From the NCBI GenBank assembly GCA_949296705.1, contig CASFOW010000014.1:956-64955 (forward strand): 64,000 bases of DNA, given 5' to 3'. Below are positions 50,846-60,721 of this stretch, one piece after another. Position numbers and translations under genes: made by a program. The stretch's first letter is position 1; each line of letters starts with the position of its first letter. This DNA comes from an uncultured bacterium. Lineage in GTDB: Bacteria > Bacillota_I > Bacilli_A > RF39 > UBA660. Under the pieces are notes generated by a model. That model did no database searches. It was not told where the DNA came from and was given only the letters and a program-made list of their open reading frames with translations.

Positions 50846-52225
50846 ATGAGAAATAAAATTATAGCCAGTTTTCTTTTATCTATACTATTTTTAATGCCAA
50901 CTAATATATATGCAGCCGAAGGACCATGGCTGAAAATCACTACCAGTAGTACTACAATAACGGTCGGAAGTACTATAACAATCAGAGTATCACAAAATGA
51001 TTTAGCTGGAAAGTTTTCAGTAACATCATCGAATTCGTCAGTTTTATCTGGTGGGGTAGGAAGCGACAAGTTCACTGTATCAGGTGAATCCAAATCATAT
51101 AAATTTACAGCAAAATCAGCAGGATCAGCAAAAATAACAGTGAATGCAATTGATTTGGCATCGTTTTCAACAGAACAGAAATATTCTTCTTCAAAGAGTA
51201 TAACAATCAATGTCGTAAAACCTCGCGAAAAATCAACCAACAACAACCTAAAATCACTAAGTGTAGAAGGGTATACTTTATCCCCAGAATTTAATGCGGA
51301 TACCTTAGAATACACTGTAGAACTAGAAGCAAGTGTAGAAAAAATTATGGTTAACGCTGAAAAAGCTGATTCCTATGCGAGTTTATCTGGGGGAGGAGAA
51401 ATTACTGTCTCTGAAGGAGATAATCGAATTGAAATTAAAGTAACTTCCGAAACGGGAAGTGAAAAAACATACGTGATTAATGCCGTAGTGAAAGATAGTA
51501 ATCCGATAACTACTACAATAGATAATAAAGAATTAACAGTAGTTAAGAAGGCTAGCTCATTAACTAAACCTGATTTATTTGAAGAAACAAAGATTCAAAT
51601 TAACGACATGGAAGTACCTGCTTTTTATAACGAAACAACTAAAACAACACTTGTTGGTTTAAGAGATGAAAATGGGAAAATAGAACTTTATATTTATGAC
51701 CAAGAAAAAAATAGCTATCAAAAATACTTATCATTACATGGTACTGAAATTCATTTAATTCAAAAAGAAGCTAAAGGAACACCAGAAGGCTATCAAAAGG
51801 TCACTAAAAAAATTGACGATATCGAATATACAGCTTATCAAAAAGATAAAAGCGACTTTTTATTACTATATGGAATAGTTTTAGAAAACGGTAATGAGGG
51901 TTGGTATTCTTATGACACTAAAGAGAAAACCTTACAGCGCTACAACAAAGATATCGTAGAAAGCATAACCAAAGAATATCAAGAAATCCAAGATACCGAT
52001 CATAAAGTAATCATTGGATTTGCCGTTCTTTCTTCATTCCTAGCTATAACTACTATGATTTTAGCTTTACGTAAACCTCGGGTAAAAAAAGTGGCTTCTA
52101 ACGAAAAGAAAGAGAAAACATCCAAACAGGAAGATAAAAAAACAAAAAAAGAAACCAAAAAGAAAAAAGAGAATCTCTCTTTAGATGAAAAGAATGAAGA
52201 AAACGATAATGATGAAAATAATTAA
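50846..52225 (+). CDS. Membrane-anchored surface protein with Big-2-like and cadherin-like beta-sandwich domains
   Basis: Signal peptide; an LKSLSVEGYTLSPEFNADTLEYTV cadherin-like domain; a C-terminal TM helix and a Lys/Glu-rich tail. Confidence 0.6.
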   Translation: MRNKIIASFLLSILFLMPTNIYAAEGPWLKITTSSTTITVGSTITIRVSQNDLAGKFSVTSSNSSVLSGGVGSDKFTVSGESKSYKFTAKSAGSAKITVNAIDLASFSTEQKYSSSKSITINVVKPREKSTNNNLKSLSVEGYTLSPEFNADTLEYTVELEASVEKIMVNAEKADSYASLSGGGEITVSEGDNRIEIKVTSETGSEKTYVINAVVKDSNPITTTIDNKELTVVKKASSLTKPDLFEETKIQINDMEVPAFYNETTKTTLVGLRDENGKIELYIYDQEKNSYQKYLSLHGTEIHLIQKEAKGTPEGYQKVTKKIDDIEYTAYQKDKSDFLLLYGIVLENGNEGWYSYDTKEKTLQRYNKDIVESITKEYQEIQDTDHKVIIGFAVLSSFLAITTMILALRKPRVKKVASNEKKEKTSKQEDKKTKKETKKKKENLSLDEKNEENDNDENN

Positions 52226-52293
52226 CCGAAAATATGAATAGCCTTTATTTAACAAGAAGAAATATACTATTAAATATCAAATGAGGTGAAATT

Positions 52294-52977
52294 ATGAAAG
52301 AGGAGTTATGGTTAATTTGGAAACACCCTGTAACAAGAAGGCGATATAAAGTTGGCAGTTTAATTTATGATGATTCAAAGTATATTTTTAAATATACTAA
52401 TCCAGAATTAGATGAAGCAAGTAGTAGTGGCTTTCTTTATTTTCCAGGTTTTGAAAATGTAAATATAGAATATGAAAACGAAAAATTATTTGCTAATATT
52501 GAAACAAGATTGCCTAATCCAGCACGGCCAGATTATTTAGAAATTTTAAATACCTATAATTTGAAAAAAAGTTCTTCCCAAATGGAAATTCTAAAAGCAA
52601 CACGTGGGAGACTAATTACGGATAATTATGAATTCGTTCCAGCTTTTGATACAAATAAAATTGAATTCGATGTTGCTGGAACTAGACATTGTTCCGATGT
52701 AAAAAAATGTATATCATTATCGTTGATTAATGTGAATGACAAATTAGAATTAGAACAAGATCCTGAAAATGTATATGATCCCTATGCAGTCAAAGTAATT
52801 TTAAAGAAAAATAATGTAAGATATCATCTTGGATATGTGCCTAGGTATTACTCAAAACAACTATCAATTTTGCTAAATGACCAAGTACAGTATTCCGCAA
52901 TGATTGAAAGTTTAAAATTAGAAAGTAAATTAAGTGATGAAGACATTACAGCACTTGTTAAATTAATTTTTAACTAG
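52294..52977 (+). CDS. HIRAN-domain protein with an unknown N-terminal domain
   Basis: C-terminal HIRAN signature VAGTRH…LELEQDPENVYDPYAVKV…GYVPRYYSKQLSILLND. Confidence 0.65.
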   Translation: MKEELWLIWKHPVTRRRYKVGSLIYDDSKYIFKYTNPELDEASSSGFLYFPGFENVNIEYENEKLFANIETRLPNPARPDYLEILNTYNLKKSSSQMEILKATRGRLITDNYEFVPAFDTNKIEFDVAGTRHCSDVKKCISLSLINVNDKLELEQDPENVYDPYAVKVILKKNNVRYHLGYVPRYYSKQLSILLNDQVQYSAMIESLKLESKLSDEDITALVKLIFN

Positions 52978-52987
52978 TAGAGGAGTG

Positions 52988-53417
52988 ATGAAGCATTAAA
53001 CAAGAAGTATGTTTATTTATACTCAATAATCACCATCAGTTCTTACTTCAAAAACGAAGCGCAATAAAAAGACATCATCCCAATAAATGGGCATTATTGC
53101 ATGGACATGTAGAAGAAAATGAAGAAGCAAAAACCGCAATAATTAGAGAGTGTAAGGAAGAATTAGGTTTAACTATTAGAAAAAAAGAACTTCATTTGCT
53201 AACGACTATTTATGATAGAACTGATCATAAGATTTATTACTTTAGTATAGTGAAAGATATAGACATTAAGAATATAAAAATTCAAAAAGAGGAATTATCT
53301 GAGGTAAGATGGATGACACTTACTGAGATAAAGGCTTTAATCCATCAACGACCAGAAGAAATAGTCTACTCAGAAGACAAACTTTTATTATTTGCTTTGT
53401 GTGAAAACAATAGATAA
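52988..53417 (+). pseudogene. Nudix hydrolase gene with an apparent frameshift right after the start codon
   Basis: ATG 52988 (RBS AGGAGTG) reads MKH*. The +1 frame continues SIKQEVCLFILNNHHQFLLQKRS…GHVEENEEAKTAIIRECKEELGL (Nudix box). The annotated 53097 TTG start would lack the N-terminal half of the fold. Confidence 0.55.
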
Positions 53418-53441
53418 TAAAAATTGAAAGAAGGAAATTTT

Positions 53442-53825
53442 ATGGATGCAAAAACTATTATTTGTAATCCGACAGGACATATTTATACCTATCAAAATAA
53501 TCTACATGATGATAATCACCATGCACATATTGAATCAAACTGTAAGGATTTAAGAATTACAGAATATATTCCTATTTTATTAGTTAAAAGAGGTAGTTGT
53601 GTTTTAGATATCACAGAGAGTAGACATCTATGCGAAATTTATTTACCATTAATGCTCACCTTTAATCAGAAAAATTGGTTGCTTGCAAAAGAGGATTATC
53701 TAAAAAGTTTTCATTTAGGAATATATAGTATTAAAAGTGAAACAGAAGCATGTCTTAAGGACTGGCAAACTTTTGAAATGTTAAAAAGTGAAATTGAATC
53801 TAAGAAGATAAAGATAAAAACTTAA
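53442..53825 (+). CDS. Hypothetical protein
   Basis: ATG at 53442 with a GAAGGAA RBS; no family recognised. Confidence 0.45.
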   Translation: MDAKTIICNPTGHIYTYQNNLHDDNHHAHIESNCKDLRITEYIPILLVKRGSCVLDITESRHLCEIYLPLMLTFNQKNWLLAKEDYLKSFHLGIYSIKSETEACLKDWQTFEMLKSEIESKKIKIKT

Positions 53826-53844
53826 ACCCAAAGGAGTAGTATTT

Positions 53845-54420
53845 ATGAACAATTTAGGTAGTAAAACATTGGAAACAGAAAGATTAGTACTAAAAGCAGG
53901 AACAATGAAAGAACAAAAAAGACTGTGGGAGATTTTGATGATTCCGGAAGTAAACAGATACTTTCTGTCCGTGCCAATCAAATTTAGAGAAAAGTTAAAA
54001 AGTTGGGAAAAACAGAGGCAATTTTATGAAGAAGAGATGAAACATGCGCTAGATCCCGACGTGTTCAAATGGAGTATTTTCTTAAAAGATACAGGTGAAT
54101 GTATTGGAAGAATTACTTGCCAAGAAGCACATGATGAAGATGAAAGTATTACCGATCCAGCTATCCGTGGAGTAGGATGGCTCATTGATCCTAAATATCA
54201 AAATAAGGGTTATATAACGGAAGCTGCCAAAGCGATGATTGATTTCATGTTTAAAGAGTGCAAAATAAAAAAAATAATAACAGGAGCTGCAATAGATAAT
54301 CCTGCCTCTTGGAAAGTAATGGAAAAATTAGGTTTTAAAAGACAAGAAGAAACTAAGATGGTTCAATATACATTTCTAGATCAAGAAACAGAAGTCTACC
54401 TATATTTATTAGAATTTTAA
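53845..54420 (+). CDS. GNAT-family N-acetyltransferase (RimJ/RimL-like)
   Basis: TERLVLKAGT start and an acetyl-CoA-binding region (GWLIDPKYQNKGYITEA). Confidence 0.65.
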   Translation: MNNLGSKTLETERLVLKAGTMKEQKRLWEILMIPEVNRYFLSVPIKFREKLKSWEKQRQFYEEEMKHALDPDVFKWSIFLKDTGECIGRITCQEAHDEDESITDPAIRGVGWLIDPKYQNKGYITEAAKAMIDFMFKECKIKKIITGAAIDNPASWKVMEKLGFKRQEETKMVQYTFLDQETEVYLYLLEF

Positions 54421-54434
54421 TTTATACCGCATAG

Positions 54435-54475
54435 AAAAAGATCTAATTCGCAATTAGCTTACATTAGATCTTTTT
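54435..54475. terminator. Bidirectional terminator between convergent genes
   Basis: 13-bp stem aaaaagatctaat / attagatcttttt with a 15-nt loop. Confidence 0.6.
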
Positions 54476-56027
54476 ATTTACCTGAACTTAAAGTGATAGT
54501 AATTGTCGTATTACTTGGTACCTCACTATCTTTTTTCATTGATTGTTTAATTACAATATCTTTTGTCTCTTCACTACTTGCGGTAGTAAATGAACAAGTA
54601 AGATTAGCTTCATCGCATAACGATTCAGCTTCTGACTTTGTTTTTCCAATGAAATTAGGAACAGTTGTTGTACCACCCTGTGAAACTACTAAACTAACTG
54701 TATCCGTATTTTTAATTAAATCACCTTCCTTATGAGAAGAAGAAATCAATTTTCCACTTTCAACACTAGAATCAAAAGAATAATCAATATGATAAGATAC
54801 CTCATTTTCTTCTGCCCATTCTTTAAAGTCATCGACATTCGTAAATTTAATCATCCGAATCTGCCCCTTAGAAATAACAACCCTAATCGTATCATTGACT
54901 TGAGCAACATCTCCTTTAATTTTACTACTACGAATTACTTTTCCTTCTTCGATAGCCTCATCAAATTCTTCCTTAAATTCAATCTTTAAATGATTATCTG
55001 TTGCCCAACTAGTAATTTCACTAGCACTCATATTTGAAAAATCAGGAATCGTAATATCTTTTTGTCTAGCTACTGTGATAATTACTTCTTTAGTACGTTC
55101 CTTATCAATAATTTTTCCTTTAGTAATACTTTGTTTAATAATTGTTCCTTCTTCATATTCGTCACTATAACCATATTCGACAGTATAGGAAATTGCATTT
55201 CGTTTTAACCAAAGACTTCCTTGAAAAAGATCTTTACCAACTAAATTAATCATCGCAATTGACTCTAAATCCTCTTTCTTACCAAGGGATGCTTTAAGCG
55301 TAATTTTACTATTTCTCTTCATTTCGTCATCATTTTCATTTTCTTGGTCAAAGATAACATCTTTTTTTACATCATCGCGGAATTCAAAATTAATTTCCAC
55401 ATTGGTTAAAAAGTTTTCTTCCACAAAATCTGCCACTTCATCCACAGTCCAACCAATCATATCAGGAATAGCAGTCTCTTTTTCTTGATTAGGACCATCT
55501 GAAACCGTAACTACAATTTTTTCAATATCTTTTACTAACGTACCAGGCGCGACATCTTGACTCATAACTCTATACATTTCCAAACTATCACTATTTTCAT
55601 ATACTTGTTCTACCGTAACTTTATTTGCTTCTGCCCATTCGATAACTTCTGTAATATCCTTACCATAGAAATTAAGGACATAGCTTTGACTAGGTAATTT
55701 TATCCAATTAGTCGCAACCATTAGTTGAAAGCCACTATATAAAGATAATAATAAACTAGCTATGATTACATAGATTCGTCCCTTAGGATTATCCGCAAAT
55801 AGACTAATAATCATAAAAAATAAAGTAAACAGAACTAAAATGGAAACCCCGATAATCGCAGCTAACTGTTCAATTACATCCTGACTAGTAATTACCGTAT
55901 AAATAAAATAAGTAACCATTAAAACAAAAGAAAGAGCTAAACTAAAATAAGTAAGATACTTAATCCAACGATTTTTCTTCGTCATTTCATCAATTCCCAT
56001 TTGTGAAATTGTTTTTTCTTTTCTCAA
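54474..56027 (-). CDS. PASTA-domain-containing membrane protein
   Basis: TTG start with a GAGGTG RBS. Three N-terminal TM helices are followed by repeated roughly 70-aa PASTA-like modules. No kinase or transpeptidase domain is present. Confidence 0.6.
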   Translation of the reverse strand: MRKEKTISQMGIDEMTKKNRWIKYLTYFSLALSFVLMVTYFIYTVITSQDVIEQLAAIIGVSILVLFTLFFMIISLFADNPKGRIYVIIASLLLSLYSGFQLMVATNWIKLPSQSYVLNFYGKDITEVIEWAEANKVTVEQVYENSDSLEMYRVMSQDVAPGTLVKDIEKIVVTVSDGPNQEKETAIPDMIGWTVDEVADFVEENFLTNVEINFEFRDDVKKDVIFDQENENDDEMKRNSKITLKASLGKKEDLESIAMINLVGKDLFQGSLWLKRNAISYTVEYGYSDEYEEGTIIKQSITKGKIIDKERTKEVIITVARQKDITIPDFSNMSASEITSWATDNHLKIEFKEEFDEAIEEGKVIRSSKIKGDVAQVNDTIRVVISKGQIRMIKFTNVDDFKEWAEENEVSYHIDYSFDSSVESGKLISSSHKEGDLIKNTDTVSLVVSQGGTTTVPNFIGKTKSEAESLCDEANLTCSFTTASSEETKDIVIKQSMKKDSEVPSNTTITITLSSGK

Positions 56028-56183
56028 TCATATCACCTCTCTATTAATATAATTATATAATAAAAATTCTTCTCTACAAGATAAACTTTTTTCAAACTGT
56101 AAACTAAAGTGTCATAATAAAAATAGAAAAGTTTAAGACGAAAAAAGTAAATAATGATATAATAACAGTACTAGGGGGAAATT

Positions 56184-56903
56184 ATGACAAAACAGGACAA
56201 ACAACTATATACTTATCTACGTACTCATTATCGTATGATTATTTCTAGTTTACTGATTCTAATAGGAATAATGATTTCATTATTGTTACCAGATATTCTA
56301 CTAAGAAAAGAAATAGGACTAGAAATAAAAGCATCGTGGAGCCCACTTTTATTTACATTAAGCTGGATTTTTCTTCTTATTGGAATCATGATCTTTTTAA
56401 AAAAAAGGACAAGGATGATCTTGTATGGAACAACAGTTGGATTAACGAATATGATAGTAATCTTACAAGATTTGTTTTTAAATGGTCAAGGAGAAATGTC
56501 ACAAGTAGAGAGCTTCTTAACTCTTTTTAAGATAAAAGATTTTACTATTCATGGAAATATTATCATAGGAAGTATTATTTCCTTAGCTATTATGGGAATA
56601 ACCCTTGTACTATTAAAAAAACAAGAAGAATATCACATGGATAATTATCAGAAAATTTATAGTTTACTGATTACCATTATTCTAGTTGGCTTTTGTAAAG
56701 GAAGTGCGACGACACTATTAGGACCAGAAATGATTAGTAAAACCGAAAAGATGGTTAATCCTAATCTATATGAGAAAAATACTTACCTAGCTCGTCAGGA
56801 TATCACGAAGACAATGAAATTATCAGGAGTATATGAAGAGACTTACAGAAGTATTTGTGAGTGGTTAGGTAAAGAATATGAAAAAAGAAATCTAGAAGAA
56901 TAA
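56184..56903 (+). CDS. Integral membrane protein, hypothetical
   Basis: 5 to 6 predicted TM helices; RBS GGGGGAA. Confidence 0.5.
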   Translation: MTKQDKQLYTYLRTHYRMIISSLLILIGIMISLLLPDILLRKEIGLEIKASWSPLLFTLSWIFLLIGIMIFLKKRTRMILYGTTVGLTNMIVILQDLFLNGQGEMSQVESFLTLFKIKDFTIHGNIIIGSIISLAIMGITLVLLKKQEEYHMDNYQKIYSLLITIILVGFCKGSATTLLGPEMISKTEKMVNPNLYEKNTYLARQDITKTMKLSGVYEETYRSICEWLGKEYEKRNLEE

Positions 56904-56939
56904 AATCAAACAATAGCTAAAATAGAAAGGATAAAGAGG

Positions 56940-58229
56940 ATGAAGAAATATGAATGGCTTCAAAAAAATATGAATTTGATAGTATTAATTTTTTTATACA
57001 TGCAACCAATCATTGATCTTTTCACTTCGTTTTGTATTCATGTCTTAGAAGTAAAAATTACCATCGGTATAGTAATTCGTGTCTTATTCTTATTATTTTT
57101 ACTATTTTATTATCTGTTTGTATTACCCAAAGAAGCTAGGAAAAAGGGAAAATACATTTGGCTAATAGTAATTTATTTATTCCTCTTTATGGGAGAAATT
57201 TACCTATCAAAGGGTAGTAGTGTATTATTTTATGAGTTATCTAATACCGTAAGAGCTTTCTATTTTCCTATTTTATTAGTATTATTGTGGACAATTTCTA
57301 AAGAACAAAAGCTTATGATAAAAAAAAGACACTTTGTTTATATTTCTTTAATTTATATTTTCTTTATCATTGTTCCAACACTCTTCGGGCTACAATTAAA
57401 CGGATACACAGAAGGAAAAATTGGCAATATTGGTTGGTTTAATTCTTCTAATGAAATCAGTGCCATTTTATCTATAGCTCTTCCCTTTATTGTCTATTAT
57501 TTAATGAGAAGTAAGGAAATCATGAAAAAAGTTTTGATTTCCCTAGCTTGCCTTTTTGTCATCTTTAACTTAGGTAGTAAAATTGTGATTTTAAGCCTAG
57601 GAATAACCTTATTAGTATTCTTTCTTCTTTTGATAAAAAAACAAATAGAAAAAAAGAATATTAAAATAATTGCCTTATTTCTTTCTTTGATTATTGTGAT
57701 TAGTAGTATCGGAATCGTACTTATCCCTAGAACGAATTTCTATCAGAATATAAGAATTCACCTCGAATTTTTAGGGGTAGAGAATTTTAGTGAAATATTC
57801 ACTGATTATCAGTTGTTTGATCATTTTGTCTTTAGTAGTAGATTATCTTTTTTAGAAACAGCCGCTTCTAATTACCATCAAGCCCCCCTTACAGAAAAAT
57901 TACTGGGAATAGGCTATGTAGAAAACTATGGGACATTAGAAGAAAACAGAAAAACGATTGAAATTGATCCATTTGATCTCTTATTTAGACACGGAATAAT
58001 TGGTTTTCTCATTTATATGATTCCTTTTGTCTACCTGATTGTTTTGAGTATAAAGCAAAGAAAAAAAGAAAATTTTGTTTATTTGCTTTCCTTAGGTATA
58101 AGTATTTTATTAATGTGTTTATCTGGACATGTTTTAACATCACCAGCTGTCAGTATATTTGTTGCGATGATTTTGATCACTATGATAGATATAGATAAGA
58201 ATAATCAAAATAGAAAGGAAATAGAATGA
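56940..58229 (+). CDS. Polytopic membrane protein, O-antigen ligase/polymerase-like
   Basis: About 10 to 12 TM helices. It is co-located with GT2 and GT-C-like genes, and its 3' end overlaps the GT2 gene. Confidence 0.45.
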   Translation: MKKYEWLQKNMNLIVLIFLYMQPIIDLFTSFCIHVLEVKITIGIVIRVLFLLFLLFYYLFVLPKEARKKGKYIWLIVIYLFLFMGEIYLSKGSSVLFYELSNTVRAFYFPILLVLLWTISKEQKLMIKKRHFVYISLIYIFFIIVPTLFGLQLNGYTEGKIGNIGWFNSSNEISAILSIALPFIVYYLMRSKEIMKKVLISLACLFVIFNLGSKIVILSLGITLLVFFLLLIKKQIEKKNIKIIALFLSLIIVISSIGIVLIPRTNFYQNIRIHLEFLGVENFSEIFTDYQLFDHFVFSSRLSFLETAASNYHQAPLTEKLLGIGYVENYGTLEENRKTIEIDPFDLLFRHGIIGFLIYMIPFVYLIVLSIKQRKKENFVYLLSLGISILLMCLSGHVLTSPAVSIFVAMILITMIDIDKNNQNRKEIE

Positions 58230-59092
58230 AAACAGGAATAATTATTGTAAATTATAATGATTTTACTTCTACTGAAAAGTTAATCCACAACATTAAAAAT
58301 TACCGAGTAATTGATAAGATTGTTGTTGTAGATAATCATTCGAGCGATGACTCACCTCAGAAATTAAAAAAGTTAAAATTACCCAAATTAAAAGTAATCA
58401 TTAACGAAGAAAATAAAGGCTATTCCTATGCGATTAATACCGGCGCTAAATATTTAATTGCCGAATATAAAGAGTGTAATATCATTATTTCTAATGCCGA
58501 TGTGATTATCGATAAAGAAGAGGATATAGAAATATTAATTAAATTACTTCATCGTAAAAATGTAGGAATCGTTGCCCCAACTATTTTAGAAAGAAAAACT
58601 AAAAATAGAGGATGGAAAAATCCTACCCCTAAACAAGAAATTGTACTTAATTTAGCCTATATTCATCGTTTTTTTAGAAAAAAATATCTCTATTATGACG
58701 AAGATTATTATCAAGGAGATTTCAGTATCGTCGATGTATTATCTGGTTGTTTCTTTTTAATTCAATCCAAAACACTACAAGCAGTAAATTACTTAGATGA
58801 TCATGTTTTTCTTTATTATGAAGAGAATATCTTAGCTAAAAAATTACAAGTAAAGAAAAAAATAAATCTTGTTAGTAATAAAGTAACCATTATTCACAAT
58901 CACTCAGTCACAATTGATAAAAGCTTAAAAAGAATAAAAAAATATAAAGCGCAAAAGAAAAGCCAATATTACTTTGAAGTTGAGTATAACAATGCTTCTT
59001 GTTTAGAGAGAATATTATTAAAACTAACCGCATGGTTATCACAACTTATTCTTTCTATTAGCTATTTTATTCAAGACTTATTAAGAAAATAA
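58226..59092 (+). CDS. Family 2 glycosyltransferase
   Basis: N-terminus IIIVNYNDFTSTEKLI…VVVDNHSSDDS is the GT2 A-type fold start. Confidence 0.7.
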   Translation: MKTGIIIVNYNDFTSTEKLIHNIKNYRVIDKIVVVDNHSSDDSPQKLKKLKLPKLKVIINEENKGYSYAINTGAKYLIAEYKECNIIISNADVIIDKEEDIEILIKLLHRKNVGIVAPTILERKTKNRGWKNPTPKQEIVLNLAYIHRFFRKKYLYYDEDYYQGDFSIVDVLSGCFFLIQSKTLQAVNYLDDHVFLYYEENILAKKLQVKKKINLVSNKVTIIHNHSVTIDKSLKRIKKYKAQKKSQYYFEVEYNNASCLERILLKLTAWLSQLILSISYFIQDLLRK

Positions 59093-59106
59093 GAAGGGGT
59101 GTAATT

Positions 59107-60624
59107 ATGAAGAAAAATAAAGAGATGGTACAAGAAATTATCAGCTATCTAATTGAAGGCATTACTTCCATACTTTTAGGAATCTTTATTTTTCGTTATG
59201 GATGTCATCCTAATTTATGGATAGATGGCATCCTTATTTTTATCTTTAGTTGTTTTCTACTAATAGAAATATTTATCCTCTATCGAAGAAAAAAGAAACA
59301 CATAGAAAAAGTTTTTCTTATACTAGGAATTCCTACTTGTTTTCTTTATACCTTATGTTTAGGACCGTACAGAATTATGGATGAAACCGCTCATCTTGTA
59401 AAGTCTCTTGATTTATCATACGGGAATATCATTACAGCTAAAGATGAAGAAAATAAAGGAATCGTTTATGTTCCGGAAGGGGTAAATGAAATTGATGATA
59501 AAAAAATCACGAACTTTTCTTCACTTAGTAATGCTTTAACAGAGGATACTGATTACGAAAATTTAGTGAGAATGAATCCATTTTTTACTTACACAGTTTT
59601 AAACTCTCCAACGCCTTATTTATTATCGGCTAGTGGCTTTGCGATTGGTAGAGTATTAGAGTTAAATCTTTATGTATCGATGTATTTAGCGAAAATTTTT
59701 CAGTTGATTTTTTTCTTGATTGCTGGTTACTTCATCATCAAATTTTTACCTGTTGGCAAGTTATTCGGCCTGATTTATTTGTTTAATCCTATGGTTTTAC
59801 AACAGATGTCATCAATTGGTGCGGATAATTTTACCAATTTAACTTGCTTACTTTTGATTAGTTATATATTAAAACTAAAGTTTCAAGAAGAGGATATTAC
59901 CTTAAAACAAGTTAGTTTATTAAGTATACTAATGGTTTTGGTTTCTAGTAGTAAATTTATTTATTTTCCATTGATTGGATTAGTGTGGTTACTGAGAAAG
60001 AAAATTACCACTAAAAGAGAAAAAATTATCCTGATTATAGCGACAATTCTTTCTCTAGCGATAGCTTTACTATTCATCGTGATTGGATTAGGTTATGATA
60101 ACGAATTCGCACTATTTATTTCTGAAAACGAAATCGATGCGATGAAACAATTAGAATACGTTATTAAACAACCGTTTAAATTCTTAGTAGTTTGTTTATC
60201 TACACTATTTACGAATTTTAATCTCTATGTAGAAGGATTATTTGGAAGACAATTAGGAAATACGGATATATCTTTATTTTATCCTAGTTATATTGCCTAT
60301 ATTGTTTTATTCTTTTTCTCACTATTCTTAGAAAAAGAAAAACAGAGTTTAGAAAGAACAACCAAACTTTATGCTCTAATTGTAGGAGTAATTTTAAGTT
60401 TCTGTGTGTTTGGGGTAGAATATCTAACATGGAGTGGAATAGGAAGCAATGTCGTAGATGGAGTTCAAGGTAGATACTTTTTACCGTTCTTTATTCTTCT
60501 TATGTTCTGTTTAAAGAGAAAACCAAGAACTAGAAATTTAAAATATGTTCAAGAAATTTCTGTGTTATGCTTGCTCGCTATCGAAATAAGTGATATTTTT
60601 ATATTATGTACAAGCTATGTGTAG
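59107..60624 (+). CDS. Polytopic membrane protein, GT-C/DUF2142-like
   Basis: About 12 TM helices; it follows the GT2 gene in the envelope cluster. Confidence 0.5.
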   Translation: MKKNKEMVQEIISYLIEGITSILLGIFIFRYGCHPNLWIDGILIFIFSCFLLIEIFILYRRKKKHIEKVFLILGIPTCFLYTLCLGPYRIMDETAHLVKSLDLSYGNIITAKDEENKGIVYVPEGVNEIDDKKITNFSSLSNALTEDTDYENLVRMNPFFTYTVLNSPTPYLLSASGFAIGRVLELNLYVSMYLAKIFQLIFFLIAGYFIIKFLPVGKLFGLIYLFNPMVLQQMSSIGADNFTNLTCLLLISYILKLKFQEEDITLKQVSLLSILMVLVSSSKFIYFPLIGLVWLLRKKITTKREKIILIIATILSLAIALLFIVIGLGYDNEFALFISENEIDAMKQLEYVIKQPFKFLVVCLSTLFTNFNLYVEGLFGRQLGNTDISLFYPSYIAYIVLFFFSLFLEKEKQSLERTTKLYALIVGVILSFCVFGVEYLTWSGIGSNVVDGVQGRYFLPFFILLMFCLKRKPRTRNLKYVQEISVLCLLAIEISDIFILCTSYV

Positions 60625-60721
60625 AGATAGACTAAAAAATAATATTTTTAAGTAATTAACTGTATTTCTTTAAGTAAAAATAAGCATAAATTTCTATAAA
60701 AAAGATAAAATATATACGAAA

